Shown: piece after piece, positions 55,933 through 64,000 of the stretch
Position numbering within the stretch: position 1 is the stretch's first letter
Layout: every line of letters starts with the position of its first letter
Virus record (IMG/VR): IMGVR_UViG_3300031992_000030
DNA length: 64,000 nt
DNA from: a virus
Lineage: Duplodnaviria; Caudoviricetes
Strand: one strand, 5' to 3'
The notes under the pieces: model-generated
Databases searched by the model: none
Told to the model about the DNA's origin: nothing
Seen by the model: only the letters and a program-made list of their open reading frames with translations
Position numbers and translations under genes: made by a program

Positions 55933-56337
55933 AATTAGCACCTCTTTCTTTTGTTTTTCTATGTTTTTATTATAACATTTTCTAAAAGGTTTGTCAAGTG
56001 TTTTTTTTCTTACTTGTTTAACTTTTTTTCTTTAAGTTACTTTTGACTTTCCTTACCTTTTGTACTTTTATTATAACATTTTTTATAAGGCTTGTCAAGT
56101 ACTTTTTTTTGACTTCTTTTTTTTCGTCTTTCCTTTCCTTACCTTACATACTTATTATAATGGATAAAATCGTTTTTGCATAGTAGGCACAATGCACAAA
56201 TTTTAGGAAAATTTTTGTGCAATCTGTCAACAAGATCTCTCTTGACAAATTGCCTTGGGTGTGGTAAAATTTCCGGTCGGAGACGATTTTCCCCATTATT
56301 ATTATAGCACAAAGAAAAAAGGCTGTCAAGCCTTTTC

Positions 56338-57015
56338 TCAATAAATTTTTGTATTCATTTTTTTATGTCTTTTAAAGCAAGTTTTCAAAATTTCCGCTTC
56401 AATCAGTACATCTTCTAAACCTGTATGACTTTCAACAAAGTCATTGTTTTGTGTAATGTATCTGTAAACAGTTTCAGCCTTGCAATTAGGTCTATTGTTT
56501 TTTGTCAAGTAGTTATTATCTTCACAAAACTTTTTATAATTTCTTGACTTTGCAAGTATTTGCCTTGCGGATTTCATTATGTCGTGGATTTCTATTCCGT
56601 AAGGATAAAAATAACGTACTTTTGATTTTGTTACCCATCTGATAGTTCTATTCAAAACCGCTACATCAAAGGGATGATTAAAAGCGTAAATTCTTTTTAC
56701 ATTGTATTCTTTAATGTCGGAGTTTAACGCTTGACGAATGGAGTACAAAGAAGTCAAAATTCTTGAACCATTCTTTATATCATTCCAATAGTTAGGAATT
56801 TTTGACTTGTAATAAGCCGAAGTCATTAAAGTTTTCTCAAAGAAAATGTCTGAATTTACAAAACTTGCGGTCTTGTAAATGTTACCATTTCTATCTACAA
56901 CCGCCCAACCGCAATCATAGACAAAACCATTGTTTTTGTCGCAACCCTTAATGGTCCTATCAATAGGACAGGTCTCTGTATCAATAACAATGTAATAATC
57001 TTTTGCTCTACTCAT
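56338..57015 (-). CDS. DEDDh (DnaQ-like) 3'-5' exonuclease
   Basis: IVIDTET, AFNHPFD, HDIM, ESHTGLEDVLIE. Confidence 0.85.
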   Translation of the reverse strand: MSRAKDYYIVIDTETCPIDRTIKGCDKNNGFVYDCGWAVVDRNGNIYKTASFVNSDIFFEKTLMTSAYYKSKIPNYWNDIKNGSRILTSLYSIRQALNSDIKEYNVKRIYAFNHPFDVAVLNRTIRWVTKSKVRYFYPYGIEIHDIMKSARQILAKSRNYKKFCEDNNYLTKNNRPNCKAETVYRYITQNNDFVESHTGLEDVLIEAEILKTCFKRHKKMNTKIY

Positions 57016-57083
57016 TTTTTTGTACTTCCTTTTATTTATTTTGTAAGTTTATTATAGCATAGTTGAAAAAGGTTGTCAACCTT

Positions 57084-57272
57084 TTATTCAACATAACTAT
57101 CATAAATTTTTACAATGTACTTACAATCAAGATAATTTTTCTTGTTATAATTTTTTGATACAATAACACGACGGTTTGTATCAACAAATTTAAAAAAATC
57201 ATCAAGTGTTTCAAAAGTTACAAACTTTTCATAATCATCATCAGATGCTTTCCAAACTACAACCTTAATCAT
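57084..57272 (-). CDS. Hypothetical protein
   Basis: KASD...IYDSYVE small phage family. Confidence 0.55.
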   Translation of the reverse strand: MIKVVVWKASDDDYEKFVTFETLDDFFKFVDTNRRVIVSKNYNKKNYLDCKYIVKIYDSYVE

Positions 57273-57496
57273 TTTTGTTACCTCGTTCTTTATTTAATTT
57301 ATGTGTTCATTATACAGTATAGAACAGCAAAATCACATTGACAGGTTGCACAAATTTTAGGAATTTATTTTGTGTAAAATTTTTTAAAAAACCTCTTGAC
57401 AAAAATGATCTCAGGTGGTAAAATCTTCCGGCCGGAGCCGGAGCCCCCTTTTATTATACACCCATCCGCAAATTTTGTCAATAAAAAAAAGTACCA

Positions 57497-57970
57497 TTAA
57501 AGGTACTTAGTTTCTGTTACAAAATACTTGACATTGTAGTTAGATAAAATATCTTTTACAATCTTGCTTTCTTTCTGATTTTCACAATAAATGTTGTAAA
57601 TGTCATAATTTTTATTTGCATTTACTTTTGAATAACTCAAGATTGAACATTCGAGCAATTCTTCAATTAGTGGACTTTCCATTTTGTTAGCGGTGACTTC
57701 GACTTTCCACAACTTGTCTTTTCTTGTTTTCTTTTCGATAGATTTAACGATAAATACTCCGATTAAGTTACAAAAAGCAGTGACCGCAACTTTCTCCCAC
57801 AAAGGAAAATCGGCATTTGTGTAAACTAACACTACTGTATACAATCCATACGCAAGGGCGTTAACAGTTGCCGCACCAACAGGCCCGTACTTTATTGTTG
57901 CCAAAGACTTAAAAGTCTGAAGAATAACATTTACTACACTCAATACGATAAATAAAACCAACAACTTCAT
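57497..57970 (-). CDS. Membrane protein (DUF5698/DUF2179-like)
   Basis: Three TM helices (VVNVILQTFKSL...NALAYG) plus soluble C-terminus. Confidence 0.6.
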   Translation of the reverse strand: MKLLVLFIVLSVVNVILQTFKSLATIKYGPVGAATVNALAYGLYTVVLVYTNADFPLWEKVAVTAFCNLIGVFIVKSIEKKTRKDKLWKVEVTANKMESPLIEELLECSILSYSKVNANKNYDIYNIYCENQKESKIVKDILSNYNVKYFVTETKYL

Positions 57971-58160
57971 TTTTGTAACCTCTTTTCTCTTTTCTTCCCT
58001 TTAATGATACTCTTATTTTTACGTTTTTAATACTAACAGATTGTACAATTTTTAGGAATTTATTTTGTGTAGTTTTTTTGAAAAAAGTGCTTGACTTTTT
58101 TGTGATTATGTGGTATAATTTTCCGGGCGGAGAGGGCAGTTGCCCTCTCTTGTTTATGTT

Positions 58161-58379
58161 TTAATTTGTATTTACATTAATACTAATTCTATCGGTAGGA
58201 ATAGGAAAAACTGAATCTTTTGTATAAAAATCTACAAATTCTTCATCTTCAAAACAATAAGCATTTATTTCATCACTTTCATTAACCCTCAAAAAGAGAT
58301 TGCCCTCATAGAAGAAAAAAGTACCTGTGGTTATTTCTCCAAAGAAAACCGCTTCTTTATTATTTGTTGTAACTTTCAT
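58161..58379 (-). CDS. Small beta-rich early protein (family with 60037 and 62939 genes)
   Basis: F.EI..GTFF.YEG.LFL. Confidence 0.6.
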   Translation of the reverse strand: MKVTTNNKEAVFFGEITTGTFFFYEGNLFLRVNESDEINAYCFEDEEFVDFYTKDSVFPIPTDRISINVNTN

Positions 58380-58704
58380 TTTTTTGTACCTCGCTTTTTT
58401 CTTTTATTGTATCATACTATTTTTGTTTTGTCAAGTGTGCGGCGGCTCGTTCGTGAGAGTCGCGTGGACGACTTACCGCCGTCCACCCTTAACAAGATTT
58501 ACATCTCTGATTTCAACATTGTTACCATCTTCATCTTGTATCAGTACAATAGTTTCCTTGTTTGGTAATGACTGATAAAATTCTTTTATCTCGTTGTCAT
58601 TCTCGAAAGTCTTGAAGTCAATCTTGCCTTTTCTTGTAAAGAATACTGTTAACATTTTTATTACCTCTTTTTTTCTTTTATTATACCATTGAATTGAATA
58701 GAAG

Positions 58705-58953
58705 TCAAGTTTTTTCTGTAAAATTCTTTGGCTTTTTAACTTCAATAACCAACTTGTCTTTTGCTTTTGGTATTACTAAAACAATTTCATAATTGCCGTG
58801 ATACACAACATTGAATTTCTGAAATGTGGGTGTATAGAAGAAATTGTCAAGCATTTCTTTTGAATAGGTTTCCACAATAGTTACTGTGGTATTAAAAGGA
58901 ACAAAAAAGTCTACAAAGTCCTGTACTGAAATCTTGGGAGTAATTACTTTCAT
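58705..58953 (-). CDS. Hypothetical protein
   Basis: RBS GAGG; ORF. Confidence 0.5.
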   Translation of the reverse strand: MKVITPKISVQDFVDFFVPFNTTVTIVETYSKEMLDNFFYTPTFQKFNVVYHGNYEIVLVIPKAKDKLVIEVKKPKNFTEKT

Positions 58954-59126
58954 TTTGTTAACCTCTCTTCTCTTTTCTTCTCTTAAATGATACTACTTTT
59001 CAGCGTCTTTTGGTATTAACAGATTGCACAAATTTTAGGATACAAATTTGTATAAAATTTTTTCAAAAACCTCTTGACTTTTTTGCTCAGGTATGTTAAA
59101 ATTTTCGCCCCGGAGGGCGGAGGAGG

Positions 59127-59456
59127 TCAGTCCTCTTTCCCCTCGTCATAGTCATTGGTAGTAAGCTTCGGGGCACCCGCGTCCTTTTCGAGCGGTGTGG
59201 GTGCAACACAGTAAGTCCACCATTCCGAGCCGTCGTACTCGTCGCGTTCAAGCCACCAACCATTACCTATAATAACCAAGTCCTCACGGATTTCAGCCGC
59301 ACCATAACCGCTGTCGTAGTTGGTAGCCATAGCCATCATCTTAAAAACTTCCTTGTTAATGTAACCCTCGTAAGTCTGAACCTGAATAACATCCTTATCA
59401 AAATCAAGGTTGTGAGTAGCAAGCTTTCTAACTGTTTCATCCCAAAGATTTGTCAT
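59127..59456 (-). CDS. Conserved phage hypothetical protein
   Basis: YDSGYG..EI..DL.I.G..WWLER.EYDGSEWW. Confidence 0.7.
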   Translation of the reverse strand: MTNLWDETVRKLATHNLDFDKDVIQVQTYEGYINKEVFKMMAMATNYDSGYGAAEIREDLVIIGNGWWLERDEYDGSEWWTYCVAPTPLEKDAGAPKLTTNDYDEGKED

Positions 59457-60036
59457 TTTTATTTACCCCTTTTATTTTTATTTACAAGTTAATTATAGCA
59501 TAGGATAGATACCTTGTCAATAGGTATCGTATCCTAAAATTTCAGCCTCTTCATCCGAAACTTCACCGCAGTTGTGAGGTTCCTCAAACCAAATACAAGC
59601 AATTTTGTTTGCTTTGGTTCTATCTTCTGCTTCTACGAAAAATTCTTCACCGCTTACTCTGTCTACAAAAAGGAAAGTCTTCATTTTGTGTACCTCTCTT
59701 ATCTTTTTACACTTATAGTATAACAGATAATTTAAGCCTTGTCAATAGAAATTTTTTTTGTTTACAATTTGTTCACATTTGAGAGGTCAAGCACATTTTG
59801 GGATCTGTGTCAACTGTGCACCTTGCACAAATTTGAGCCAGAATTTTTGTGCAGTTTGCACAATTGACAAAAACGGCCCTGCAGCACTCGCAAACGGGCC
59901 GACCTATTATAACATACCAGGGCAGCCTTGTCAAGCATTTTTTGAAAAAATTTTTCCAAAGCACAAAAATTTTTTTTGTCAATAGACAAGTTGCACAAAT
60001 TTTCATTTCTGTTTTTGTGCAACTTGTCAATAGACT

Positions 60037-60270
60037 TTAGTCAACTTTTATGGTAACTCTATTAGAAGCAATAGGCAGAACCTTTATGTCTGCGTCAAAT
60101 TCATCGCACCACTTGAAACTTGATTCATCTTCAAAATCATAGACAATGCCTCTGTATTCATCCACGAGTAGATAGAGTGAACCCTCATAATCAAAATAAG
60201 TACCCTCATCAAGTTCGTCAAAAGCCTTAGTTGCATTGTTTGAATTGTAAATTACTTTAGCCATTTTCAT
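60037..60270 (-). CDS. Small beta-rich early protein
   Basis: FDELDEGTYFDYEGSLYL. Confidence 0.6.
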   Translation of the reverse strand: MKMAKVIYNSNNATKAFDELDEGTYFDYEGSLYLLVDEYRGIVYDFEDESSFKWCDEFDADIKVLPIASNRVTIKVD

Positions 60271-60298
60271 TACCTCTCTTTTTTTTTCTTTTATTATA

Positions 60299-60775
60299 TC
60301 ACTTTATAACAATTTTGTCAACTATATTGCGAATTTTTTCATTTAATTTTGTTACTTCTGTTATATGGTCATTGATATATGCAACACCCCATTCAGTTGC
60401 GGCTCTCTCAATAGGGAGATTGAAATAAGTGTAAAGGTCATAGTCGTTAAGTTCTTCTTTATCGGCAAGATAAGCCTTTACCATTCGACCATATTCATAA
60501 TCCCTATCACTTATATCTTCATAGGTTTCGTGGTGTCCTAATTCGTGAAAGAAAGAATTAAGAAAACCCCAATTACTATATCCGCCCAAATCTTCTACAA
60601 AATTGCCAAAACATTCATCATTTCTTTCAGTTGTCAACAGACCAAAAGCAATAACATTTTCAGTATGGTAATAACCGAAGTCCTGTTCAAATCTTGTTGT
60701 AAGGTCAAAACCATTATTCGCAAGCCAATTATCAAGAATATTTGTGATTTCTGTAATTGCCTTATTAAGTTCCAT
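60299..60775 (-). CDS. HExxH zincin-like protein
   Basis: FFHELGH...Y..P.ERAATEW; paralog of 62357 gene. Confidence 0.65.
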   Translation of the reverse strand: MELNKAITEITNILDNWLANNGFDLTTRFEQDFGYYHTENVIAFGLLTTERNDECFGNFVEDLGGYSNWGFLNSFFHELGHHETYEDISDRDYEYGRMVKAYLADKEELNDYDLYTYFNLPIERAATEWGVAYINDHITEVTKLNEKIRNIVDKIVIK

Positions 60776-61280
60776 TTTATTTACCTCACTTTTATTTTCT
60801 ATACTTATTATACTACCTTTTTACTTCTTTGTCAAGTCCTTAAAGTAAAAAAATTCTTTTTGTTTTCCTTTTGGTTGACTTGAAATATACTTTTTACATT
60901 CTTTCTCATTATGGAAAATCTCATAAACCTCATAATCGCCGTCTAAATGTTCTTTTGCAACTACCCATTTTGCCATTTTGTTTACCTCTTTTCTTATCTT
61001 CTATATTTATTATACAAGATTTTCAGTTCTTTGTCAATAGCAGGTTGCATAAAATTTTTATAAATTATTTTTTACTTTTTTCAAATGTTTGTAATTATTT
61101 GGTAAACAATCACTTGCGAAAAAACAACCACCTAACCACTCGTGATTAAAAACACACTTTTTGCACTTTTCGCTATTGTTAAGAAATTCACAAAGGAATT
61201 TATGATATTCTTTATTAAAATCTTGAGTCATTTTTATTTACCTCTTTTTTCTTTTATTATACACTTTTTGCAAGAGGTTG

Positions 61281-61541
61281 TCAACCCCCTGCGAAAAGAA
61301 GTGTTAAAAAGTAAACATTAAGTGCTATGCTTGCAAAGTGCATTAAAATTCCGTTAATGTGTCTATCGGTTGCGAAGTCCTTAACAAGTCCGATAACCGC
61401 AACGGCAAGACCAAACCAAGAAATTGACAAACCGTAAACCATAATTAAACCAACATTGAGAATTGTAATGAGGCAACGAAGGTCATTATACTCAAACTTG
61501 TAAGGGGTTTCAATGTTGAAAAACTTCTTAATCTTTGTCAT
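61281..61541 (-). CDS. Small membrane protein
   Basis: Hydrophobic helices; start adjusted to MTKIKK. Confidence 0.55.
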   Translation of the reverse strand: MTKIKKFFNIETPYKFEYNDLRCLITILNVGLIMVYGLSISWFGLAVAVIGLVKDFATDRHINGILMHFASIALNVYFLTLLFAGG

Positions 61542-61720
61542 TGTTTTGTTCTCTCTTTCCTTTTCTTGATTATAGTATAGCACCAAGAGTAAGGAATTAG
61601 TATTGACAGATTGCACAAATTTTGGGAGAATTTTTTGTGCGGCCTGCCGGTGAAGTTCCCCTTGACAAAGTGGCTTGTATGTGGTAAAATTTTTCGGTCG
61701 GAGTCGGAGTTTCCTCCGAC

Positions 61721-62116
61721 TCAATCCTTTTTGATTTCTTCAAGAACCTTGTCATTTTCTTTCATTCGTTCTTCAATTCTTTTTATCGCCTCTTCGTCGG
61801 CTTTTAAGTTTGATTTAAGTTCTGCAATTTCCTTTTTGTATTCTGCAACATTTCTTTTAAGTATTTTATACCTTTCCATTTCTTCTGTACTATAATGATA
61901 AACCACTTCGGGAGTAGTTTCACAAGTTTCATCATTAAAAGTTCTTTTTGTTACAAACCAAGTCCCAAGATACAGGGCATTTTCTTTCTCAAAATCAGTA
62001 TTTAACGCAACTTCCATAGCCTCTTTAAGTGTATCAAAAGGAGTGCCAAACCAAGCATAACCATCATCAGTAAGACTTTCTTCCTTTATTCCAATCTGAT
62101 ACTTTACAATTTCCAT
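61721..62116 (-). CDS. Hypothetical protein with C-terminal coiled coil
   Basis: RBS GAGG; promoter. Confidence 0.6.
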   Translation of the reverse strand: MEIVKYQIGIKEESLTDDGYAWFGTPFDTLKEAMEVALNTDFEKENALYLGTWFVTKRTFNDETCETTPEVVYHYSTEEMERYKILKRNVAEYKKEIAELKSNLKADEEAIKRIEERMKENDKVLEEIKKD

Positions 62117-62356
62117 TTTTCTTACCTCACTTTTTTTCTTTTATTATACCATTCTCGAAAAGAGTTGTCAACCCTTTTTCTTTGTTTTTTTGGTAATTTT
62201 TGGAATGTATAACTCAAAACAATCATAACGACTGACATCACATTTTGAACAAACTACATCTTTACCTTCTTTGTAATTTTTACAAAAAGAACATTTGCAC
62301 AACATTTTTGATACCTTACTTTTTTTCTTTTATTATAACATACAAGAAAAGGGTTG

Positions 62357-62764
62357 TCAACCCTCTTCGAGAAGTTTTGCTAACTTTTTTTCAAACTTTG
62401 CGATTTTCTTCGGATGAGTGATAATGTATTCAGCCGCCCACGCCGTTGCCACTCTTTCATCAAATCTGTCATAATAATTGACAGGTTCTTCTGTATCGCA
62501 CTTTGCGTTAGGGTGTACCATACAATGACCAACTTCGTGAAGAATTGAGATTGTTATCTCGTGAGCCTTTACGTTAGGAAAACGATTATTAAAATCTTTC
62601 ATAAAATCTTCACAATAGTAATTTTCTTCATTACGAGGAATGATGATGAGGTTTTTCCAATAGTAAGCATAGAAACCATCTTCGCCATCTCTTTCTTCTT
62701 TTGCATACTTAACGTCAATGTCGAGGTCTTTCAAGAACTTCTTTGTAATCTTCTTAAGTGTCAT
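62357..62764 (-). CDS. HExxH zincin-like protein
   Basis: ILHEVGH...YY...DERVATAWA. Confidence 0.65.
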   Translation of the reverse strand: MTLKKITKKFLKDLDIDVKYAKEERDGEDGFYAYYWKNLIIIPRNEENYYCEDFMKDFNNRFPNVKAHEITISILHEVGHCMVHPNAKCDTEEPVNYYDRFDERVATAWAAEYIITHPKKIAKFEKKLAKLLEEG

Positions 62765-62938
62765 TGTTTTGTCCTCTTTTCTCTTTTCTTGATTTAAGTA
62801 TAACAGATAGTATCACAAAATGCAAGTACAAAACGCACAAATTTTGGGAGAATTTTTTGTGCAATTTTTTTGAAATTAGGTATTGACTTTTTTGCCTTGC
62901 GGGTGTAAAATTTTCCGGGCGGAGAGGGGACTTGCCCC

Positions 62939-63184
62939 TCAACCCCTTTTTAATACTCTGATTTCAATGTCCTCATAACGTATCCAAAGAACTTCTGTAT
63001 TTCTTTCAATTGCTCCATCTTCGTTGTCATTGAAATTCCAAACCGCACGATAATCTTCATCATCTGCGTAATCGGAGGAAGAAATTGTCATAAATAACTT
63101 ATCGTTCCAAAAGAAGAAAGTATTGTCAGGAAGTTCGCCAACCTTGTACCTATTTGACAGATTTTCAACAAATACTTTACTCAT
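62939..63184 (-). CDS. Small beta-rich early protein
   Basis: VGELPDNTFFFWNDKLFM. Confidence 0.55.
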   Translation of the reverse strand: MSKVFVENLSNRYKVGELPDNTFFFWNDKLFMTISSSDYADDEDYRAVWNFNDNEDGAIERNTEVLWIRYEDIEIRVLKRG

Positions 63185-63250
63185 TTTTTTTGTACCTCGC
63201 TTTTTTTCTTTTATTATAATAGATTAGAAAGGGGTTGTCAACCCCTTTTT

Positions 63251-63517
63251 TTAATTTTTCATCTGCTTTATTTTTCTTGTAGTATGAACAAAACAATAGT
63301 TATAAGTAAAGTAAACTACAAAAGTCTGCCAATAGGTTAGAATAGGAATAATGTCAAAATAATTTTTAAGTATCTTACAAGTTGCAATAATGAGCAAGGG
63401 AGCGATAAAATAAATAGACAACTTACCAATAGTATAACCAACCTTTTCGGCAATAGCCTTCTTTCTTTCCATTTCCTTTTCTTCAGCCTTTCTGATTTCT
63501 TCTAAAATGTTTTCCAT
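63251..63517 (-). CDS. Small membrane protein
   Basis: Start adjusted to MENILEE; two hydrophobic segments. Confidence 0.55.
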   Translation of the reverse strand: MENILEEIRKAEEKEMERKKAIAEKVGYTIGKLSIYFIAPLLIIATCKILKNYFDIIPILTYWQTFVVYFTYNYCFVHTTRKIKQMKN

Positions 63518-63700
63518 TTTTTGTACCTCACTTTTATTTTTATTTACAAGTAAATTATAACACCCGTGCGGACAGCCGTCCATGTACAGATTGCACAAAA
63601 AACAGGAACAGAATTTGTGCAGGCTGCCCGCAAATTTTCTCTTGACTTTTTGCTTCAGATGTGATACAATTTTGCGGCCGGAGAGGGAAGTTACCTTCCC

Positions 63701-63988
63701 TCAACTTCTCGGACAACTCAAGACTATTTTGTACTTCTTGCCGTTCACAAAGAAAGTGAAACTTGCTTGGTCATTGATTATCTCGATGTTCTCGGCGTTG
63801 TGTTCTTCAACGACTGCCCGCAAGAAACTATCAATCATTGCTTTTTGCTCGGGCTTTTCTTTTCTTCTACTCTTGGTTTCCTTACCCCAAGATGACAAAT
63901 TCGGCTTTCTTTCTGACCTTCTTGCGCCCTTGCTCACTTCCTTTTGGTCTTTAGACAAATCGCTTTCAACTTCCGCATTTGAGGTCAT
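63701..63988 (-). CDS. Hypothetical protein (may extend beyond window)
   Basis: Basic N-region, C-terminal F.VNGKKYKIVL. Confidence 0.5.
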   Translation of the reverse strand: MTSNAEVESDLSKDQKEVSKGARRSERKPNLSSWGKETKSRRKEKPEQKAMIDSFLRAVVEEHNAENIEIINDQASFTFFVNGKKYKIVLSCPRS

Positions 63989-64000
63989 TTTGTCGATTTA

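Larger units (their letters stand above)
56192..63702 (+). promoter_or_regulatory. Seven dispersed copies of an operator + plus-strand sigma-70 promoter module (starting ~56192, 57346, 58041, 59024, 61611, 62835, 63591)
   Basis: TGCACAAA-N~11-TTTGTGCA, then TTGACW-17-TAWAAT (one TACAAT), then GC-rich (T)TTCCGGNCGGAG, often followed by a hairpin. Confidence 0.75.

Noticed and set aside
54181-63702. TGCACAAA repeats as CRISPR or IS/MITE ends
   Set aside because: Irregular spacing with whole genes in between, no target-site duplications or transposase seen; each copy embeds a promoter.

Overview
A 64-kb stretch of a large, AT-rich tailed dsDNA phage (Caudoviricetes), probably infecting Firmicutes/Clostridia. 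Nearly all genes are on the - strand and read in the standard genetic code. Left to right: type II topoisomerase B subunit (partial), endolysin and PIN-PhoH; a ~15-kb modular fibre/adhesin cluster with an embedded glycosyltransferase and nucleotide-sugar dehydrogenase; small hypothetical genes; an RNA island (mostly 26.0-34.1 kb) with 31 tRNAs covering all 20 amino acids; a sigma-70 factor; an M28/M20 peptidase with three paralogous W-x-S-C proteins; a + strand wHTH gene flanked by iteron-like repeats (probable origin); and an early-gene region with a repeated operator/divergent-promoter module. The most striking candidate system is in the RNA island. A DUF2828-type (Ro60/TROVE-like, vWA) gene is surrounded by at least six ncRNA candidates sharing a stem 5'-RUGA...UCAU-3' plus a CAGCAA motif. 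Three of them carry tRNA modules in three different topologies, one being the circularly permuted T-arm/acceptor/D-arm layout of bacterial YrlA Y RNAs. The island also holds other tRNA mimics, pseudoknots abutting tRNA CCA ends and tRNAs with unusual anticodon loops. All calls were made by eye without database searches.
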